Assembly (NCBI RefSeq): GCF_001194135.2 | Contig: NC_068985.1 | Location: 101,288,711 to 101,350,229, forward strand | Direction of reading: 5' to 3' | Length of the DNA stretch: 61,519 bases | Source of the DNA: Octopus bimaculoides | Taxonomy: Eukaryota | Part shown: piece by piece, positions 26,724 through 41,604 of the stretch | Position numbering within the stretch: the first letter of the stretch is position 1 | Layout: each line of letters opens with the position of its first letter | The notes under the pieces: generated by a model | The model's input: only the letters and a program-made list of their open reading frames with translations | The model's database searches: none | What the model was told of the DNA's origin: nothing | Position numbers and translations under genes: made by a program

Positions 26724-26786
26724 GGGCATATGACGTAGTAGTAAAGAGCGCGGCTACCAACCGCTAAGTTCGATTGCAGACAGTGG

Positions 26787-26848
<62 letters not shown>

Positions 26849-27025
26849 TCGAAAAATACCTCAGGAATGGGAAACCAGTTTCGAAATTTCTCACAAGACA
26901 CCTGATGAAGTCTGGAAGGTATATCAACCAAAACATGTTAACAACAAACAATATGAGGCCATATATCCGTCAAATGTAAATATTGTAAATAAGGTACATA
27001 ATTCCTCATCTCTTAAATATAGAAC
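26724..27025 (+). mobile_element. Monomeric tRNA-(AAT)n-hammerhead SINE
   Basis: GGGCATATGACGTAGTAG (A box)...AAGTTCGATT (B box)...(AAT)n...ACATCGAAAAATACC...GACAC-CTGATGA (26902-26908)...ATTCCTCATCTCTTAAATATAGAAC. Aligns with both halves of the 22444-23008 dimer; the GAAA box is mutated to AAAA. Confidence 0.9.
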
Positions 27026-27905
27026 AATATTTAAAAAAGCATGTTCAAATCTATGCAGGAATGCTGAAATACGAGACATATTAAGATTAAGATTATTACA
27101 TGAATCCTATATATGAAGTACATATATTCTAAAATACAGTATTTTCCTTGGAGAGCTTTATAACTGAAATCACTTTCCTCGGAAATACATTATCCCGAAC
27201 ATCATGTTTATATTGGGTTGCCTGAACAGTCATTCGTCCCAATGCGATCCGAATCCATGTAGCTTTGAGAGTGAAACTGACAAACGAATTTAATCTGTCA
27301 TATTTTCAAACATAAGTTATGTCATCTCCTGAGAGTACACAGGCTTTTAGATCTGAATCTTGCAAAGTAATAAAGCTGCATATTCAGCAGTGTGACACTG
27401 GTAAAATGACAGCCATTTGCAATAGCGCTCTCTTACATATCCTGAATATTACCAGCAAGTCTTCTTCAACTCTGGTTCAGTGTAATTTAGCGCAAATGAC
27501 AAGTGTCATTTATTTGGCAGAACTATCAGCAAAGCGTTCTTGTAAGAACTAACCATATGAAAGTAATCATGGCTGAAACTAGTTTTGTTTCCGTACACGT
27601 TCATAATGAAGCATTACATTCCAGTCAAGTATATTTGTAGCTCGCTCTGATATACATCCTAATAAATAAGATTAGTAACACTAAAAATATTCATCCCTTG
27701 TTGTCTATGACTTCGGTTTACATTTTCATGATAGTGGATTTTCCGAAGCCGACAAAATCGACTTATTAAATCGTTATGAGTGTGTAGTATCATCTTAAAA
27801 AGTATGAGGCAATATTGAGGCAAATCGCAGAATTTTGGTACAAAAATCCGATGATGTTTGTTTAACAGTTGAAATATTTATTTCATTTACACGCACACCC
27901 TCTAA

Positions 27906-27950
<45 letters not shown>

Positions 27951-27951
27951 G

Positions 27952-28004
<53 letters not shown>

Positions 28005-29685
28005 TGATTGATTGATTGATAAATACATGGCATCATGTCCTACAGTCGGAAAATTATTGTGTGCATATATAAATAGAGTCAACAGGTGAAATCCAGAGAT
28101 GTTCAATAAACAGAAAAAACACATAGTACTGCTCAATCTTTCGACTCTGAAGACCGTGGCCGGATTTACGGTACTGTTTATAAGAATCTACTTCTGGTTG
28201 TATAACTATGAAATTTGGCAAATTTCGTCCACCAGCATTACAACCACTATGTAATTCTGAAATCCCAGATATAGCTATCGGACCTGGAATTCCATTCTCT
28301 CTCTCAGTTTTCTGTATATTCTTTATTCCGTGTAAATTTGTTCCGGAAATGTAAACATATATGTATGCTAATACCCGAGCGTTCATCTTAATATTTCACT
28401 GTTTATTTCTCCAAAGTTTAATCTCCATATGTATTTACATGTCTATATGTATATCTATTTTATATATCAATCACAAGCAATTTTCTTTGCATCACTATAC
28501 CTATATAAATACATGCACATCTGTGAATATATATATATATNNNNNNNNNNNNNNNNNNNNNNNNNNNNNNNNNNNNNNNNNNNNNNNNNNNNNNNNNNNN
28601 NNNNNNNNNNNNNNNNNNNNNNNNNNNNNNNNNNNNNNNNNNNNNNNNNNNNNNNNNNNNNNNNNNNNNNNNNNNNNNNNNNNNNNNNNNNNNNNNNNNN
28701 NNNNNNNNNNNNNNNNNNNNNNNNNNNNNNNNNNNNNNNNNNNNNNNNNNNNNNNNNNNNNNNNNNNNNNNNNNNNNNNNNNNNNNNNNNNNNNNNNNNN
28801 NNNNNNNNNNNNNNNNNNNNNNNNNNNNNNNNNNNNNNNNNNNNNNNNNNNNNNNNNNNNNNNNNNNNNNNNNNNNNNNNNNNNNNNNNNNNNNNNNNNN
28901 NNNNNNNNNNNNNNNNNNNNNNNNNNNNNNNNNNNNNNNNNNNNNNNNNNNNNNNNNNNNNNNNNNNNNNNNNNNNNNNNNNNNNNNNNNNNNNNNNNNN
29001 NNNNNNNNNNNNNNNNNNNNNNNNNNNNNNNTATATAATATATATATATATATATATGTGCATGCGTAAGTGTATGTGTGCATATGTGTGTTTGTACATG
29101 AAAGAGTCACTGAAGATGGAACTAAAGTAATCTATATAATTAAATACAGAAAGTTCACCAAATTTCCAATATAGTATACATTCTCTTCTTTCGTGGGAGA
29201 CATATGCATACTAATATCTTAATTTAAAAGTAAATTTATAAGATGCACTAATGGAATATGCATTATATGAAAGAGCAGACAACCTGTGAACGCTAGCCAA
29301 ATATGGCGTTGTTGAACCTGAAGTGTGTCAATCATATTTGCGTTTTTAGAGTCCTTCTGAACAAAAGTATTTCATTTATGTTCATGATGAGTGGATTAAA
29401 TACATTTAACAATATTTTTTCTTTTATATACACGGGATGGTAAAACGAAATTTTATTATAGAGATTGTAGTTTACGTTTGACACGCAATTTCAATGAAGA
29501 AACTGGGTCAGATAAATAAGCAGTTGCTAATATCATAGCATTTAAACGTGGCATGCCGCAAATCATTTTGTCTGGTGCGGTAACGAATCTAACAGTTCGC
29601 GGCCTTAAATTATGCAAATTTTTATCAAAATCATTTGCGAAAGAACAACAATTTCGAGGAAAGAAATGCGTCAAAAACCTCGACG

Positions 29686-29837
29686 TCATTGCTCGACTGG
29701 TACATTTTTATCGACATTAATAGAATGGAAGTCAAAGTCGACCTTGGCAGAATTTAAACTGAGAACGTTAAAACAGACAAAATGCCGCTAAACATTGTGT
29801 CAAGTGTGCTCACGATTCTGACATCTCATCGCCTTAA
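29686..29837 (-). mobile_element. Nin/Deu-like SINE, 3'-truncated
   Basis: ACTGGTAC..TTTATCGAC...AAAGTCGACCTTGGCAGAATTTAAACTGAGAACGT matches the family consensus. Confidence 0.7.
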
Positions 29838-29924
29838 CTGATGCAAATATTGAATGCAATGCCTTTACACTAATTTCAAAGAGATAAAATATTTAAACTT
29901 AACCTTGAAATATCCTATCTAATA

Positions 29925-30130
29925 TAGGAACAACACTTGGAATTTGGTGGAAGAGGCTAGTCGATTGCATTGACTGTAATGCATGACATGTGCCTAAGTT
30001 GTCAACCCTGAAAGCATGATTGGAAAAGCTTGACCTCAGCGGAGTTTGAGATCACAACATAAAGGCAGAAGAAATGTCGCTAAGCATTTCCCCAAACGTG
30101 CAACCTATTCCGCTAGTTTGTCACCCTATA
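29925..30130 (-). mobile_element. Old Nin/Deu-like SINE
   Basis: Diverged but collinear (AGTCGATT...TTGACCTCAGCGGAGTTTGA...CGCTAAGCATTTC). Confidence 0.62.
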
Positions 30131-31989
30131 ACCCCGAAATATTGATATCAATTATATAGGTAAAATAGAAATTATAGATTTCCTAATGCAAAAACATGAC
30201 AGGAGACTGTTACATTTACTTGAACAAGACAATCAAAATAATACATAGAAAAATACAACTTATCACCTTACCGATTCAATAGGAATGGAAAACAACAAAC
30301 GAAAATCATGTTACATAATATTCTCAACGACCCGTTGTTTCCTTTTTTAACCAGATTGTTTCTTAGTGAAAAACAAAGCGATTAAATAAAATTGAGAGAA
30401 AATTACTTCAAGAATATTATACAAGGAAAAAGAAGTGAAAATAACGCTTTGGTTACAGAAACCCACATTCTTGAAAATTATACTGAAATTTGGAATTCCG
30501 TAATCTGAAGCCTTTTAGTTATTGACTTTGCTTTTTATATATCAAGTTGCATAGTGAAGGATTCTGTTTTAATAAATTTACAAGAAATATAACCACATTT
30601 ATGCTGGTAAATATCGTTTTATACATTCACAGAGAATATTATGTTTGCATAATCCTTTTTGAAACAAAATTCTTCAGTGTAGAATCGTAAAGGTAATATT
30701 CAAACTGTAATTGTTTTAATATAAATTTTTAATAGAAAACTTACGTTTCCTCTCGCTTGCGTTTATATGTTATTTTGAAATACTTTCTCAGATAACTTGT
30801 TTTCAAGTTACCAGTAGCACGTTCAACAAGGCTCAGTGCTTGGATTTAAAATCGCCCATCGCAACGTCTTTCATTGAAGCTGAGAAAAAGAAGTGCTACA
30901 CTCTTTGCGAAAGGAAGGCAATGTCACGAACATCACAATTCATTCGCCTACAAACCGATTACTCTATTTATATCGACCCTCAAACCCAGCACTAGAAATA
31001 TGGCATAACAGCAAATTCTATTTACCAAAGGTTTAAATGTCGTTCTGGTCTTGACAGAGGATGGAGTTTCTGGCTAATAGCAATGACGCGCAAAAGAAGT
31101 GTGTAAGAATGGTAACTGCGATAGCTCATCGAATTTGGTGTCTAGAAATATCTGTAGATATATTAGGATCAGTGCATTCTTGTCCATCTTTTTAAATGGT
31201 ATCTTGTAGCACTTTTGGTACCAGTGGATGGCCAGTATCACAGCAATCGTCATCCATTTAATATAAGTGAAATCTTTTCATGATTCACGTGGGGACAAGG
31301 CGTGAATGAAACAATAAAGCAATCGAAGTGTCACTTAAAGCATTGTAATCTTTTTGGTTTTTTGAAGGTTTTACTGTGTTGAGAACAGTCGCAATCAACA
31401 TTGCTTCTCACGCACACGACTACCACACTTATCTTTTTAAAATTAGCATAACAGAAAAAAAAAATAGAAACCTTTCATCTTCAAATTCTCACAATTCATA
31501 TTGCAATATAATTCCCATTAATAAAATATGAAATTTTATTACCAAAATGCGAAGTTTCAGATAATTCATGAATGTTAATACACTAAGTATAGTTCGTTTT
31601 TAATCAGTAAATCTCAAATTAGCGTATAGGACAATTGTGCGTATGTGTGTGGTTGGTTAAGGATTTGATTCTCTACAGTACATTTACATCTAATACGTAG
31701 GTCACGTAGTAGTCATTTAATTAGTTGTAAACTATAAGTAGAATGGTTTTAAATAGTATTATAATACCATACGTTATTTTCAGCAGCAAAGAATTATTGC
31801 AATTTAAACACATTGGAAAACAATCAAGTATTAAATGAGAAATAATAAATGTAATTATAACCATAGTAAAAGAACAAAGTATTTAAAATATTAATCTATA
31901 AATATTTATATTCTAAACGGAGAGAATGAACCATTTAGGTTATGATGATTTAGGTATTAACATGTGTTTATTTTAAATAGAAAACAGAT

Positions 31990-32330
31990 ATACAAGGTGC
32001 ATTCCAGAAGTTTTTAGATTTTATCATGAGATATGAATTTCAGATTACAAAACTCTTATTTTCTTCAAAACTGGATCTCTCACTTCAACGCACTTCTACT
32101 ACCCCAGCGACTTGGCGTACGACCAAAATTCACAGGGACAAAGACCTAGGCGGTTGTGTGTGTAAGGGAAAGTTTTGTTGCTCATTTCGTCAATCACCAC
32201 CCTGGGAACAATTTTTGCGCATATACAGATCTTCATGCATAATTATGTGTACATTTTCCACACCAACTCCAAACTGTATGTTCATTGCATGAATAGACAT
32301 ACGATGGTTTCATCCTAAAATTACGAATTT
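31990..32330 (-). mobile_element. Internally deleted mariner remnant
   Basis: TIR-like TACAAGGTGCATTCCAGAAG. Minus frames give VENVHIIMHEDLYMRK (HTH-WVP region) and KCVEVRD (C-terminus). Confidence 0.62.
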
Positions 32331-32361
32331 TCTCTACCAAAATCTGTTGTTTAAAATTCTG

Positions 32362-32410
<49 letters not shown>

Positions 32411-32724
32411 TTCTTTCTCTCTCACACACCTCTTTCTTATCTGCTCTCTATCATTTCTACTTTTTTAACGTTTCTCTTCTGATTTCTACTATTCTTGAAC
32501 CAATTGTATCGGCGAAAAGGTTAAACCATAAAACATTAACATTTCATAAGTTTCTGTGTCTTAAGCCAATTTCCTGCAAACATTCATTGCAGAGCAAGCT
32601 TTCAAAGGTATGGGCATCATTCTAGCACCTAGTCAGCACTAACAAATAGTGTTTAATAATGCGTGTTCACATTACTGTTATAGATATCTCCTTCAATCTG
32701 GAATAACAAACTTACATCATTAGA

Positions 32725-33480
32725 TGTACGCGTGAGTAAGCTGATAATATGATAGGGTCAGTATAAAGGAGTGATGCTAGAGACTTGAAATTTTGCATGC
32801 ATTACTTTCAATGATACTTACTAACTGCATTGTTTCTTTCAAGGTAAACTAGCCTCTAAAGACTTGAAATGTAATTGGTAATGAGTTCACTTCAAAATTA
32901 ATAATATATGCCTTCGTCGTGCTATAAACTGCCTGCAGAAAAGGTAGTTAGTGTCTAATGACATTCATACAGCAAGCTACTGCAGACTTATCAACAGTGC
33001 AAACGTGAGCAACTGTATTTAGGGGTGAAAGGGAAATTGTTGAAGATGACACATATTTGTCCAAGTGCCACTACAGATTAAAGTGTTGATTTTGTTCACC
33101 ACATGGTGATGGATGACATGAGTGACTATTAATAAAATATCCAATGCTATCAGTATGTCCAGTGAGATGGTTGAGAATATTGTGAGGACGGTGGGTGACA
33201 CATCTGGCATCTGATCAAAAGCCGATCAGGCTGATCACACCAGGGGAACGTCCAGCATTGTTTGAAACAGATCCAACTGGTTTCCCTGTACGTTTTCTAA
33301 CCAAGGATGACTGCTGTATCAGCCATTTTCGCCAGAAACAAAGATACAACCCATTCACTATAAACAGTTCCATCATCTGCTAAAAATACGGCCAAGAGGT
33401 TTTATCTTCAATGTAGGTGATGGCATGATGGCCTCAATTTTGGAGGATGTAAAAGCAGTGAATTTATTCAATATCTTCAT
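32725..33480 (+). mobile_element. Mariner remnant, 5' half, same family as 22150-23970
   Basis: LRRAINCLQK...VDFVHHMVMDD...TINKISNAISMSSEMVENI...SDQK...MASI. The 5' UTR (GCTAGAG...TGCATGCATTA) matches the reverse complement of 23830-23950. Confidence 0.8.
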
Positions 33481-34269
33481 AACATATACGTTATACAATA
33501 TATAGGCCGTGAGGGTGAGATTAGACAAAACATGTATATAAGCAATGCAATGGAAAATGTACTATAGGACTGGAAACGAAAGAGGAGAGACGAAAACATA
33601 GAACAAATAGTGAAATAACCCGGTGTCAAAAGTACAGAACAGTGCTGAGACCGACAGAAGCTTAACAGAACAAGTAAGCGATCAACCAAAAAGAAAAAAA
33701 AATAGGAACTTGCAATATGAAAGGAACGAACGGAAAATTCACACACAAGACATGGACATGCGATTCCGTCGTCAGATATCGTCCAAAAATCCATTAGATG
33801 TCCAAGACTTTAACGATAATATTGTTCGTTTTTGGTGGCGTAAATATGGAATAATTGTTGAGAATAATAAGCGAAAGTTGATGACGGTGACGAAAACAAA
33901 AGATGGAACAGGCATAAATGTAAATATAGAAACAGAATAAAGTATACGCTATATAAACAAAATCGCCCGGATTCTCTGATGCAAGACAGTACGTTTGTGC
34001 GTGCATACATACATACGTATAAGGTACACATACACAAAGATGGCATGAAATGAAAAGGAGCTAATATTTGGAACTTGCTGATGTAAGACGTTTCATAAAA
34101 CATTTTTGAAGTAACTACGTATGTGAAAGATCAAAACAAAGACTAGTTCCGTATTTGATACTGATTTAAAATTTTGTCACGAGGGCACCAAACTTGTAGG
34201 TTGGTGGTTAAATCGATGTCTCGTGTGTAATTTTTATAAGGATGTGTATTTCATTTATGTTCTACATAA

Positions 34270-34491
34270 TAATTCTTTCTACTAAAGTCACAAGGCCTGA
34301 TATTTTATGGGGAGAGGTCTAGTCAATTACATCGACCCCACAGTTTCACCGGTCCTTAATTTATCGACTCCTAAAGGTTGGAAGGCAAAGTCGACATCGG
34401 CGGAATTGGAATTCAGAACGTAAAGACGGAAGAAATGCCGCTAAGTAATCTTTTTCCCGGCGTGCTAACGATTCCACTGGCTCGCCGCCTT
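34270..34491 (-). mobile_element. tRNA-derived SINE (Nin/Deu-like core)
   Basis: Collinear with other copies from head (AAGGCGGCGAGC) to tail (AGGCCTTGTG..TAGTAGAAAG). Confidence 0.85.
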
Positions 34492-34854
34492 TATTTTCTA
34501 TCAACGGATCCATGACACTTAAAACAAAAAGTATTAGCAAATGTAAAATGCGTTACTTTATCACTAATTCCATGTATTATATACTAATTGAAAGCTGTAT
34601 GTCCGTTGCCCTCATCGAACTTTCAAAGTATTGAATTATCTGAGTAAATTAAAATACTGATTTGTATGCTCCTTCGCAGATGTCTTACAAATCGTCATTG
34701 CGATTTTCATTCTTCTTATTTTCTTTCCTTCTCCTTAGATGCTACAATAGTAATTCTTCTGATTCATTATTCTGTCCTTGTCTTTCTCGTTCCATAATCG
34801 TTGCTCTGCTATCTCTTATCATTTTACCTCATCTATTGCTGTCTGTAATTAATA

Positions 34855-34895
<41 letters not shown>

Positions 34896-36589
34896 AAATA
34901 TAATGTAAAGTTATCTTCGTTTATCAGACGCCGATTTATTGCTGAAAGGTTCATGACAAGATAGTTGACAAACTACATTTAATAATTTTTGTAAAATTAA
35001 TAATTAGGGTATTTTACACTCAGCTCCACTGATGCGGAACCATCGTTGTCATCTGTATTTAATAACATCGCTAACTATAACGTCACAACGCTACATTTCC
35101 TCGTGTGTCTCGTGTGTCGACGTGTGATTGTGTCTGTGTAGCGTCGATTACTTCTCTTCTATCTGAGCTCCACATCTCTCTTCACTAATGTCTCATTTTG
35201 TTTGTCTTGTTGGGCTCTAGTTGCTTGCGACTTTTCCTAGTATAATTACTTCCGTTCGATTTCAAACAATTTTAAATGCTTAACAGTATCGATACGAAAG
35301 CAGATTTTCTGAATACTAGCATTAATCCGAAATAAGATCTTTTAATAGCTAAGAACAATTTTATATACATATATATATGTATATATTAAAACAAACGACT
35401 AATTACACGCTTCCAATAATGCCAGAATAACTAAATTCCATCTGTGTTACCTCTAACCAAACATTATGCAATAACACAGCCTTTCAGCAATCATTAATTG
35501 AAGAGCATGATATGTGAAGCAATATATATCAGTCGATATTGATTTGAAGACATCAGTAAATGCTTGAAAGTTCAAAATTTCCTGCTAAAAGGAAGACTTG
35601 TTTAGGAAGAAAATTACAATAACACCGTGACAAGTAGTTAATTAACTTGTTAATTAAAACGTGTTTAGAATCTCATGACATTCATGAGAGTCGTGAGGGA
35701 CCAATGTTTTTTTTTCTAAATAATTGGAGAACAGAGTAGAAATATGTATAGTATCCAAATGAAGTGTGTTTGAGTTAACCTATTCGTTACCTAATGCTTG
35801 TGAAACTACTAAAGAACTTGACGAACATACCGTACACATCAAGATAGAAGAATAATTTCGAAGAACATTCTAAAACAATATTATATATATTACGAACTTG
35901 TATGTTAGTATGAGTGTTACAAAAACATGATTTTCTGTAACACCGATATTATTTTAATATTAATGTCGTATATTTAATGAATTTATTAAATTTGTGTATA
36001 TTGAAAATATCTGAGTTGAACCCAGAGAAGTGTGGCCTTTATAAGACACCCGTTAGATTAATTTAAAATACCGAATATTGTAATCGGTTCAGCAGTAGTA
36101 TTATCTGTGCATAGTATAGCGATGAAATCAAACAGAATAATGCCAGGCGTATGAGAAGTAAGTATTTTCAAATACATATTTACAACACCGTTACCTTTCA
36201 AAAACACAGTGCCTATAGAAGCACCGATAGCTATAACGACACACGAAAATACATAAAACAGAAAAAAATAAACAAAACATTTATATTTGCGTATCTTATA
36301 AGCATATCACATACGCTTATAAGAGAATGAATGTTTATCATGCATAACTATAATTACCTGTTTAATGAAGGACGCATATATTTTCATTTGCAATGTACAA
36401 AGCTGATCATGTGATGTGTTGTATTATAACGATTTATAAAGAGAGGTTGTTTGAGAGTTATAAAGCTTAAGAGTGTCAGCTAAATGTATTGTTAAGCAAT
36501 TGGATATACTTCCAGACGATGGAAATCTAATGTACAAACGGACATTACGAAACAGCTTTAACAAGACAGAACACCTTTCTATGCTTAAA

Positions 36590-36900
36590 TGCTCTAAATA
36601 AACGACATCCAATATCATCTCTGCAGCTATAGATTCAATTTTCAATTTACTATTGGAATTTAAATTAAGGCACTTCGGTTGATGTTCTTGTATTTCCTGA
36701 AATTTCACACGTTCTATAGAGACGTCACATTGAATTCACTTGGGGAATTATTTCAGCATGTTAATACAGAATATTCCTATCGATTAACTATAGAAAAGAA
36801 GGATCCAAGCCTTGACATTTCTTGGACTTTATCCACTGACATTCTCAATTACAAATTCGATATAACATAGTGTGATACACTGACACGCAAAATTCCAGAA
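36590..36900 (+). mobile_element. Possible very old CR1/L2-type RT fragment
   Basis: FYRD...TIEKKDPSLDISWTLSTDILNYKF loosely resembles FR...IEKK...LDISKAFD...DILxxKL. Weak. Confidence 0.3.
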
Positions 36901-37539
36901 AACTATGTGGTTCTTGGTATCACCATTGAATACGGAACAAAATTGTATACAAAAATATTGACACCCATGTTAGTATTGTATGTCGTACTCTCACACAAAT
37001 CGATACATTTTTCGCCGTACAAATACATGTATGTCACTTGTTTACTACAGATAGAAAACGATTTTGAATTGGTGTGATGACTAAATCAGCTAACAAACAT
37101 TATTTTATTGTAAAATGATCCAATTTTATAAACTACAATTTGACATGCATTCTATTCGTTTTAATGCAAATGGCCGATGTTTGCAAACAACAATTTCATA
37201 TTCGTAAGCTAAGCTTGCAACGAAAAATATGGAATATGTTTTCAAAAGATTATTATGTTTAGTTATTCGTATTCACGTTAATTGCTTCTTATGACGTAAC
37301 TTAATTGAATAAAAAAAAAACGAATGTTTAAATATTTCTCATGTTATGCGCTGACGTATGGTCAACGAATAATGGGGAAAACCCCACAAAATTGATACAT
37401 GCGCACTCACAATTTTCTCGGTGTAGCATTCTAGACATCACATATATACATACTTATGTATGCATGTGTGCGTATGTGTGTGTGTATGTGTGTGTATGTG
37501 TGTGTGAGTGTGTGAGAAATAAAGAAAATGGATACCAAG

Positions 37540-37690
37540 TCCCAAAAAATGTTGACAGTACACAGGACTTTTCCTTTGTAAGCCTAGTAGTTATTCTAAC
37601 AGTCTGTTTTATCGGACCGCTATGTTCAGGGGACGTAAACACACCACCATTGGTTGTCAAGCGATGTTGGGGGGGACAAACACACACCCA
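37540..37690 (-). mobile_element. SINE 3' half (microsatellite-containing family)
   Basis: Reverse complement gives CCCCCAACATCGCTTGACAACC..GTGTTTACGTCCCC...TAGGCTTACAAAG, matching the 20480 and 25380 tails. Confidence 0.7.
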
Positions 37691-40600
37691 CAAACACACA
37701 CACACACGCACACACACACACACAAACACACACACACATATATATATATATATACATATAAGTGTATACATGTATCTATGTATTTGCACATTTATATAAT
37801 CTATTACCAAAACATCAATTTATACATCACGCTAATATTATTGATTCTTTAAACAGGAATACCTGCCACATTTTGGTGTTCGCTACCTCAACAAATCCTT
37901 GGCCAGTTTTCAGCAACATTATATATTGAAATAAGTCATAGATGGGCAGTAGATGTATTTATGAACGTCGAACTAATGCCATATACATTCATTTTTCCTA
38001 TGCAGGCAACTTTGGTTATCAGCCCTGACGGAACTCATACGCTCAAATTTGTAAATGGATAACATATTTATTTTGGCAAACAAATTATTTTATATTTAGG
38101 AAGGTACGGGAATTCGAGGATACGAAATAGTGTAACCCGCGCCAAAAAAGAGGAAAAAAAAACAATAAGAGCACAAAAGTTGGAAAACCTTTTGAGATGC
38201 TGGTGAAACAAATGATATAAGAGTGAGTAACTGAGCAGGAAATGGAAAGTGGAAAAAAAATCACAACGTAGAATCCATAAAAAGAGTAATTTGAATGTGT
38301 TTTTTTTTTTAATTTTGAACTTCGTGTTGTCAAAATTAATATGTCAATAAGATAAAGCTACGTTAAATGAAGACAAACATACGTTGTTGAAAACAATTAT
38401 GAATTGTGTGCAAAAAATACTGCAACTTTGACATAACTCTTTCAAATATACTAAAGAAACTTGTACGCTGTCAGATAAACGAAGTAGCAATAACGTAAAT
38501 TTCGAAACGCCATAATTTCCCAGTTGCATGATATGTAGTTGGATCAATTGAATGAACAGCTCTCCAAAATTAGCATATCAACACAAAACGTTTTTTCTCT
38601 AAGATATATTAAAAATTGGAGTCAATCTTATTGTAAAAGTGTCCGTCTACATTCTACAGATGTAAGTTAACATATGCTCAACCCGCTACATAGTAACTCT
38701 GCCGTTATATATTTATAAACATGAGTTCAATAATCGAATTCCTAAATGAATAACATATTTGTACGTTCTCTATCGCTAATGTCAGTTCCTTCCTTTCTCG
38801 AAATAGCTGTTACCAAAAATGAAATGCCAAACATAATCTTGTGCGTGTGATAAATTTTGAGACGATCACAGACACTCGTATGTTCTAACTTAGTGATTTT
38901 ACCTTGATAAATGCTGGGTAATGGCAACGGTATTTAAATGTGTGAAAGGTTTTAGTTTACAAAAGATGGCATATATATGCGCGTGTGTGTCCATGTCACA
39001 CATGTATGTGTGTGTACGTGTGCATCTCAAGACTGTGTATGTGTTTTGTATAATATTTTATTTAGATATGTAAGTATTCATTACTTGGTATTTTTTCTCT
39101 GAATTGAAAATATAAACTCATTTTTAAAAATCTTGGGACTATTTCCAAGGTAATGCAAGTAAACTGACTACTTCTGAACATCTTATACAATGCAATTTCA
39201 GTGCATACAAATTAGTGTTAAGTTTTATTGTTCTATCTATTTGTAAAATAAAACTTTTGACACCTCACCCATTTATTAAACGTTGCTAACATCTCTCCCT
39301 AACCAAGGAATTCTAAGTTCAATCAGGATAATATGCATGTACATGTCTCAAACATTAGCGTATTTCCGAGATGTTGTAAATAAAAGTGTAAGATATAAGG
39401 CTTATAGAAAAAGTATATCGAATATAGATTATGTTCTGCCGTTTGTGTTCAAATGTTTGGACACCGTTAATCTTTAACTGATAAAGACGTTTTTATATTC
39501 GTATCGGTATTGTCACAGAGTCTTATTCTATGAAGTTATATAATCTTATACATGTCCTAGCAATGTGTAATAATAACCAATTTATATTGGCTATTATGTT
39601 ATAGAAGTGCTTAGGTGTACATAAAAAATCAAACAAATGTTACTGAGAAAAGAATTGTGAGCACCTACATATATTTTATACCAAATAACACTATGAAGTA
39701 AACTGAAATTTAAAATTCGTACGAAGTATTCATAGTCTTTTTAAAGTAAATTATCTTATTTCTCATATAAATTGCCGTATATTAAAATGACAACGACATT
39801 AAAACCCGTATCTTCTGCATATAAAGTATACTTTTAACAGTAAGGAAGACATAACATAGACGCTCATATAGATTACACATGAGACGGCAGCCAAGAGAAA
39901 TTTATTTATTTATCATTTATTATATTGAATATATTTTCGCTGTACGGGCATGACACTAAAAATATGAATAATCCGCAGAAAACCTGCTCAAGTTAGTATC
40001 GACGGAAACAGTTATAATCCACATTAGTGTGAGATCGTCAGTAAAAGATCACTTTAAAATGGAAAAGAACAAAATTATTGAAACACTATATGAAATATCT
40101 ATGATTAAACAGTTTCATAAATACTGAACGGTCAGGCAAGAGAAAGAGAGCTAGCCTGAAAGAAAACAAAAAACTTAATACCAGATAAAAAGTACTCTTC
40201 AAAAGTGAAAGAAAAAGTAACTTAAACACATCATATTTGTATAAACGTGCAATGCATGTTTCTTAATGCGTAAATGATAGTTACAGGAAATAAGACATTA
40301 CAACCAAATGAAAGATAATGTCAACCTAAATGTAAGCCTACCTCACACATAAGATCGCCAACACTCCAAGAATGCAGGGACATACTTTGTTGTAGGAACA
40401 TGCAGCTCTTTTTAAAATATGCTATTATTGAGACACAGACAAAGAATGCATACTATACCGTATGAAGGACTGAATACAGATGGAATGTATCTGAACAAAA
40501 AAATGATGACCTGTAAAGTGGCGTTATAGAATGAGAATGAGAAAGTAAAAAATTCAAGGACAGGGGAACAAATCTGCACTTATGGTTTTACGGTGGAAGT

Positions 40601-41604
40601 CAAATTATTGATAATCAGAGTATAATCAACGACTCAATTGCTACAGAAGAGATTTGTCACTTAATTTACTCCAGCACACAATCTTACCAAAATATATATG
40701 GAGTACATAAAATAAGCCAATGTGGAATATTCGAAACTCTTCCTGTAACAATAATTACAGGAAAACTTTTGTTAACGAATAAAGTAAATAGAATATGAAA
40801 ATATGAAAGAGGAAATTTGAAGAGTATGAGAGAATATACAAATATAGAAGCACTTGTCATAAATATGTCATCCCAATAACAAAGTATAGCTTTAGAAATG
40901 GTAGAGCCTCAAAATAATGTAGATTGCAAAGCTTCTACGGAAAAAGTAAGGAAACAACTCTGAAGGTCCCATAACCAATAGCCCGAACCTAGTGTGAATA
41001 AAATTTACGTACAACTCATAAGAAAGACGGTGGTTGCTACAGGTAGAATATAAGACATAATTGCAAATGTAAGATTAGAAAAATACTGTAAAGCAATCAC
41101 ATGGAATCTGATTAGTGTAAGAAGGAGACAAAAATAATTATCTCTCTACTTAGAATGAGACCATATATTAACTAGAATATAATTACACTAAATATAAAGA
41201 CTTACATAAAGAAAACAGTAACAACAAACTGCACTGAAGAACAAAATTTAAATAATTCTAAAACAGACTTAATCACCTCAAGGCCAATATATCACAAAAC
41301 ACATCAAAAAGTAATAAAGGAAATTAGAAACCAGTGAGAGCGCAAAATGTTTTACAGAAAATACAAAATTAAAATCCGATTCAAGCTACAAAGGTCCATT
41401 ATATGATCGCAAATGTCTATACAGTTAATGCAAAACACATAAACATTGAGGTAAGAAAATTAACCACTTTAAAGCTAGCGGCTAAGTCGATTCCAAATCC
41501 AGTTATGTTCACTGGGATGGATTATTAGGGCGCCAAATCTACAAGATAATATAATAACAGTGAAATACGACTGTGACCAGTTCATCAAATAATACGATTA
41601 TTTT

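Noticed and set aside
27300-27560. Possible THAP9/P-element-like remnant
   Set aside because: Only a vague YSGYV..YC resemblance, interrupted by stops.
33623-33940. 105-aa purine-rich ORF without ATG start
   Set aside because: No recognisable domain; strand compositional skew explains the lack of stops.
39900-41450. A-rich tract possibly belonging to a PLE 5' region (IYGVHKIS similar to FYGLPKIH)
   Set aside because: Similarity too weak to set boundaries; left outside the PLE call.
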